A DNA stretch of 64,000 nucleotides from positions 10,232,001-10,296,000 of the forward strand of contig NC_058369.1 in assembly GCF_018350175.1 (NCBI RefSeq), written 5' to 3'. Within the stretch, counting starts at the first letter, position 1; each line of letters starts with the position of its first letter. Positions 59,096 through 64,000 of this stretch are shown piece after piece. The notes under the pieces were generated by a model. It was not told where the DNA came from. It searched no databases and worked only from the letters and a program-made list of their open reading frames with translations. A program made the position numbers and the translations under genes. Origin of the DNA: Felis catus. Its lineage: Eukaryota.

Positions 59096-62000
59096 CTGCA
59101 AGGAGCGGGCGGGCTCGTCGGGGCCTCACTGCCAGACACCCGTCCCCACCATCACACCTGATTCCGGGCGGACCCAGCGGGCAACGTGCAGCTGGCGGCC
59201 ACGGATCAGGGTCCGTCTCTTCCCTTCACCCCGGGGCACCTCGACGTCTGTTCTGGATCCTCACCTCCCTTCCCTGGGTCTCCTTCCCCCCCGCCCCCCC
59301 CCCCCCCAACCCTGGGCTCACTCTCTGGACAGGCCCACCCTGCAGGGCCCACGCTCAGAAACACTTTCTCCCAGCGCGTCCCTCTGCGGGGCGCACCCCG
59401 GCGTGGGGCGTGTTGCCTGGCGGACCCGGACCCCAGCTTTGCCCTCTGGGCCGGCCTCCGCTTCCTCCGCTAAGAAATGGAGTAACGGTCCCCCGCCCCA
59501 GAGTCCACAGTGAGTGCTGCCTGAGCGAACACATGGGAAGTGCCCAGGCTCGTGACTCAGAGCTGAACACTAGCTCCAGGGTCCCGGTGGGTGAATCCCC
59601 TTTCGGGGGGCCCAGTGGGGCTGTTAGGAACTGGCCACATACCCCAGCCTGTGCCCACCGTGCCCGGTGACCTGCGTTCCTTTCTCGGCCTCCGAGAGGG
59701 CTCAGGGCAGCACGGGCGCCCAGGACCCAGCCTGCCGGCACCCTCAGGCGCCACCTCCTCTCCCCTCGACATCTTTCTCGGTCCGGCTCCTTCCCATCAG
59801 CACCAAAAGGCGTCCGGCAATCTCGCGCTCTTCCCCTGGCTGGCTTCCCTCCCCTCTGCCTGTCTCTCCGGCCCAGGCCCTCACCTCCTGCCCCTGCACC
59901 CCACTCTCCTCCAGCTTCCACACCCCACCCCAGCACTGCTCACACGGGGCTCTCACCGGGGCCTCCCAAGATGCCAGGACCCCGTGCCTGTGTGCTTCCT
60001 TCTCGAACCTCATCCCCACAGCTCCCTGGGGACCACCCCCTCTTCACGTCCCCTCCCGCTCCGCGGCTGCCCAAACATTAAATGTTGGCTTCCAGTGGTT
60101 CTCGCTAGGAGCCCTCTGCGCATTCCAGTCGGCGGCTTCGATCGCTACTCCCCGGGGATGAGCCCCAGGCGGGGGTATCCACCTGCTGGCTTCCACGGCA
60201 ACGCGGTGCGCCGGGGGCTCCGGCATCATCCCTCAGCAGCCAGGATTTACAGAGCGCCTACCATGTGCCGGGTGTTGGGGGTACAGTAGGAACCATGCCA
60301 GACAGGGACGCAAGCCCTTGAAGGCAGACGCAGACCACACAGATAGAACTACAGCGTTGCAGAATGTCCGGCATCGGTCTGGAGTAGGGAGAACAGTAAA
60401 GCAAGGGAGGGAGGGGCGGGGTTGGGGGCTGCGTCACAGCTTTATGTGGAGGGGTCCCTCAGGACTGGCATCCGAAGGCGGGGGAGTGAGTCACACACAC
60501 ACCTGGGGGAAGAGCACTGCCAGCCGTGGAACAGCAGGTGCAAAGGCCCTGAGGTTCAGGATGCCCCAGGGATCAGCCTGAGCATGCCGTGGAGCTGGAG
60601 GCAGGGGCCCGGTTGGTGGGGGCGGGGAGGGTGTCACAAACTCTGTTTCGGACCTGCTGAGTGGGAGATGCCACACAGGTAGTGTGCCTGTGAGCCCGGA
60701 GTTCAGGGGTCCAGGCCCGGCCGGAGATGAAAACTTGGGAGCATCACAAGGCGTGTGAAACGGGGGGGGGGGGGTCTAGCAGACACACCCCCAGGGATGG
60801 GCGGGTGTGAGTGGAGACAGAAGGCCCAAGCAGCGAGGCACCTCAACAGTCACAAGACAGGGACGTGGGCAAGAATCCTGAGGGAGCATCAGCGAGGTGG
60901 GTGGGTGTGTGGGGGCCCGGGTGACGAGGGGTTTCCAGGAAGCGGTAGTGATCAACTTGGAGGCGACCGCGGCAGGTTGGTGAGAAGTGACAACTGACAA
61001 CGGGGTGCAGTGGTACGCGCGGCGTGGGGGTGGGAGGGAAGCGGGACAGCAGCCCCTTCAGTGAGGTGGCGGGGAGACCGCTGGAGGGGATTTTGAAACG
61101 GCAGGAGCAACAGCGTGTTTGCACGTGGACGGGGAAACCAATGCTGCGAGAGGGGAGAACGGCTGGGGCAGCCCTCTGATAGGAGAGGGGGCACAAAAGG
61201 GTTCCTCTGGAGCGGGGGGCGGGGGGGGGTGCTTAGCTAGAGCAGGGGCAGATCGTGCACAGTAACAGGAGAGAAGGCCAAGGCCCCGGGACGCAGGGAG
61301 GCCAGGTGAGCTCTTCCGGTTGCTTCTGGCTCCTTGACGGGTGGATGGAAAGTGACCAGCCGACGGAAGTGGGAGGGAGGTGGGAGAAGGTGCCAGAGTC
61401 ACAGAGAAGGTGGGGGACAGTGGTCTAGGAAGGCACAAGGGCGACCCGAGTGCCAGGGAATGCGGCGGGAAAACCAGTAACATGAAGGGTCCGCCGAGGG
61501 GAGCAAAGGGGAGACCAGCCAGCGAGGTTGGGGGTTTCTCTCCCGTGATACTCAGCTGCACCTCCCGCCAGGAGGGAGAGCCGAGTTTCGGCAGGTCAGT
61601 GGAGCACAGGCCCGTGGGATTATGGGCAACGCGAGGGGCGATGGGCAGTGGATCAGGAGGTGGGGGGACTGATGGACTGCAGGTGCAGGCGGGGCTGCAG
61701 GACTCTCAGGATTTGGGGCACCGGAGGCGTCCGCCTCCTGGTTCTCTCGAACCCAGACCTCTCTGCACACCACCGGCTTCGGTCGCCCTGCCTGTGGCCC
61801 GCCCAGCAGCCAGCACAACCTTTTGACAAAGCAAATCTGGTCAGAAGCACTGACCCTCCCCTCTCCTTGTATGTCAGCTGGCCGATTCCTACGTATCCCT
61901 CTCAGATCTCGCCTCCAGCCACCGACTCCTGGGAGCCTGCCTGGATATCCCCCAGGGGCGGCGCCCGAGATAATGCCTGGCTCCGCTGTCTCTCCCACGG

Positions 62001-62399
62001 GGCTGGGGCTCTCTTTAGTCACTGCCTGATGTATGCGCGGTGCCCGACCCGAGACCTGGCCAGGTTGGCCCTCGATGTGCTTGACATTACTCATTAAGAA
62101 AAAAAAAGCAACGAGCGGGACAGCATGTGCGGCGCGAGCCCCCCTTTCGCTTTGTGTACACCCCCGAACAGCAGTGATATCTGGATAGAGGTACGGTGGG
62201 CACGCCCCTTCCGTGATCAGCCCTCCCCTGGCTCCCCAGGGATGCCGGGACTGAGCTCAGCTCCGACCGCCTCATTAGCCCCCCGACTGTCACTCTCGCC
62301 CCCGGGCTTTTCGCTCACACCGTGACTTCTGCCTGGGATGCCTCCACACTCAGGCAGGCTCACGCGTGTCCTCCGGACTCTTCCGGGCCGAGACCAGGG

Positions 62400-62830
62400 C
62401 TGAGCCCAGACACAGCACGAGAAGCCCGAACCCAACCCCGAGGACCCCGGGATTCGGGGGTTCGCGCCCCGAGCCCGCCGGCCGCGCCTGCGCACTGGGC
62501 CTCACCGCGCTCCTTGCGCCCCGGGAAGCCGTAGTCGGGGGGGAAGGTGGGCATCCGCTGGGGGTCGGGTTCCCCCGACGGATCGGTCACATAGCGCCGG
62601 GCGAGATGCGCCCCCATGGCTGCAGTAGCCGCAGATTCCTGCAGCCGCCGGGGTCACCTCGCTCCTACCCGGAAGCACTGCCCCTTCGCCAGCCACGGCT
62701 TCCGGGTTGTGCAGGCCGCAGCCGGGATCAGGGAGATGAACGACTCCGGAGGACTTCCGTTTTCTCTGGCTCCCCCTGGCGGTCAGGCGGAGACAGCACA
62801 GGCGCAGCGCGTCTTTTCTAGGGATCAGGT
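62400..62830 (-). promoter_or_regulatory. NDUFB7: NDUFB7 CpG-island promoter with ETS/GABP-like (ccggaag ~62669, acttccg ~62753) and NRF1-like (gcgcctgcgca 62484-62494) motifs
   Basis: Motifs read directly; typical of nuclear-encoded OXPHOS genes. Confidence 0.7.
62506..62617 (-). CDS. NDUFB7: NDUFB7 exon 1 ([10 protein letters not shown]...[12 protein letters not shown]); complex I subunit B18, total 137 aa
   Basis: gccATGG start with myristoylation-type Gly2; G|gtgagg donor; 112+169+133 = 414 nt. Confidence 0.96.
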
Positions 62831-63269
62831 GGATTCCAGAAGGGGAGCTTCCTGCTTCTGGAAACCAGCGGGGCAGGCGATGAGGGACAGTGGGGCCAGG
62901 GGCCAGGGGCCTTTCCCTCCCCTCCCCGGGCGCCTCTGGTCTCCCGGGGCTAGAGCATAAATGAAAGTTATTTTTCATAGTATACAGTGTTTCCCCCCCC
63001 CAAAAACGTTTTTCCTCTAGAACTTTTGACTTTGTCTTAAAAACAAAACGAAACAAAAACAAAACCCTGCACAGTACTGGTAATATAATTAGCAAACATC
63101 AAAAGTTTAAATACAGTTACTCACAATCAATATTTTAATTGATTAAATTGAATTCAAATAATCAGATAAAGTTATTTGTAAATAAAAGTATTTAAAGCTG
63201 ACATTTTAAATAAATCCCATTGGATGCTTTTGTAAAAATAAAATAAGATGCAATTGTAGATGCATTTCT

Positions 63270-63397
63270 ACCCTGGTCATGATCCCAGGGCCGTGGGATA
63301 GAGCCCTGAGACTGGCTCCGCGCGGAGCGTGGAGCCTGCCCAAGATTCTCTTTTTCCCTCCCTCCTCCCCTGACCCTTTCTCTGTCTCTCTCTCTCA

Positions 63398-63437
<40 letters not shown>

Positions 63438-63620
63438 TCTAACTCAGTTGGCTAAGCGTCTAACTCTTGATTTCGGGTCAGGTCACGATCTCACAGTTTG
63501 TGGGTTGGAGCCCCACCTGGGCCTCTGTGCTGTGCCCAAGGGCCTGCCTGGGATTCTCTCTCTCCTTCGCTCTCTCTCTGCCCCTCCCTTGCTGGCTTGC
63601 TTTCTCTCTCAGAATACGTA
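63270..63620 (+). mobile_element. Two partial CAN-SINEs separated by (TAA)n
   Basis: gtcatgatcccaggg...gagcctgc...attctct; ctcagttggctaagcgtc...caggtcacgatctcacag. Confidence 0.8.
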
Positions 63621-64000
63621 AATATTTTATTTAAATAAATATTTTACATATTTCTCTCTCAGAATAAATACTTTAACTACACTTTAAACAAAGCAATAGC
63701 TTTATAAAGAAAAAAGATGCAATTCTACCAGTCCTCTAACGGCCACTCTAAAGAATTGGTATTACACTTCACGCTTGTTACATTAGGGCTTGCGTGTATG
63801 AAAACTTAAGAGTACAGAACACAGTTTAATGCCGCCGGATACGCTTTTTGGCTTCAGTGTTCAACTGTACCAAATGCTGTGCAAATTTGTTACTCTCCGG
63901 AACCCCGCACAGGCTCACAAAGAGGAGTCGTTCAATGGGGGCTTGGCAGTGTCTCGTGCACCTGGCAGAAAGGAAGTTAGATCGTGTCATTCCTCGGCTG

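Overview
Mammalian (felid-type CAN-SINEs) genomic window syntenic with human 19p13.12. It holds four intact spliced genes that I assembled by hand with GT-AG junctions: GIPC1 (-, 6 coding exons, 333 aa), DNAJB1/Hsp40 (-, 3 exons, 340 aa), TECR (+, 13 exons, 308 aa, ~21 kb intron 1) and NDUFB7 (-, 3 exons, 137 aa, tail-to-tail with TECR). The rest is CpG-island promoters, CAN-SINEs (several stacked or nested, with TSDs), old LTR/L1/DNA-transposon remnants and microsatellites. Most long ORFs in the track are GC-rich artefacts. The best lead is an apparent second TECR promoter and first exon: a MEF2/TATA-like element precedes a strong-Kozak ATG (54996) that reads in frame through the exon-2 acceptor. 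This predicts a 349-aa TECR with a basic N-terminal extension resembling the architecture of the muscle paralogue TECRL. Other leads are an intronic HSE/CCAAT module that could produce a J-domain-less DNAJB1, distal HSEs on both sides of DNAJB1, a 20-bp-periodic GC-box array in TECR intron 1, and a ~71-bp degenerate repeat with ZNF143-like motifs in a GIPC1 intron. Repeat family names and motif calls are from recognition by eye, not from searches; repeat boundaries are approximate.
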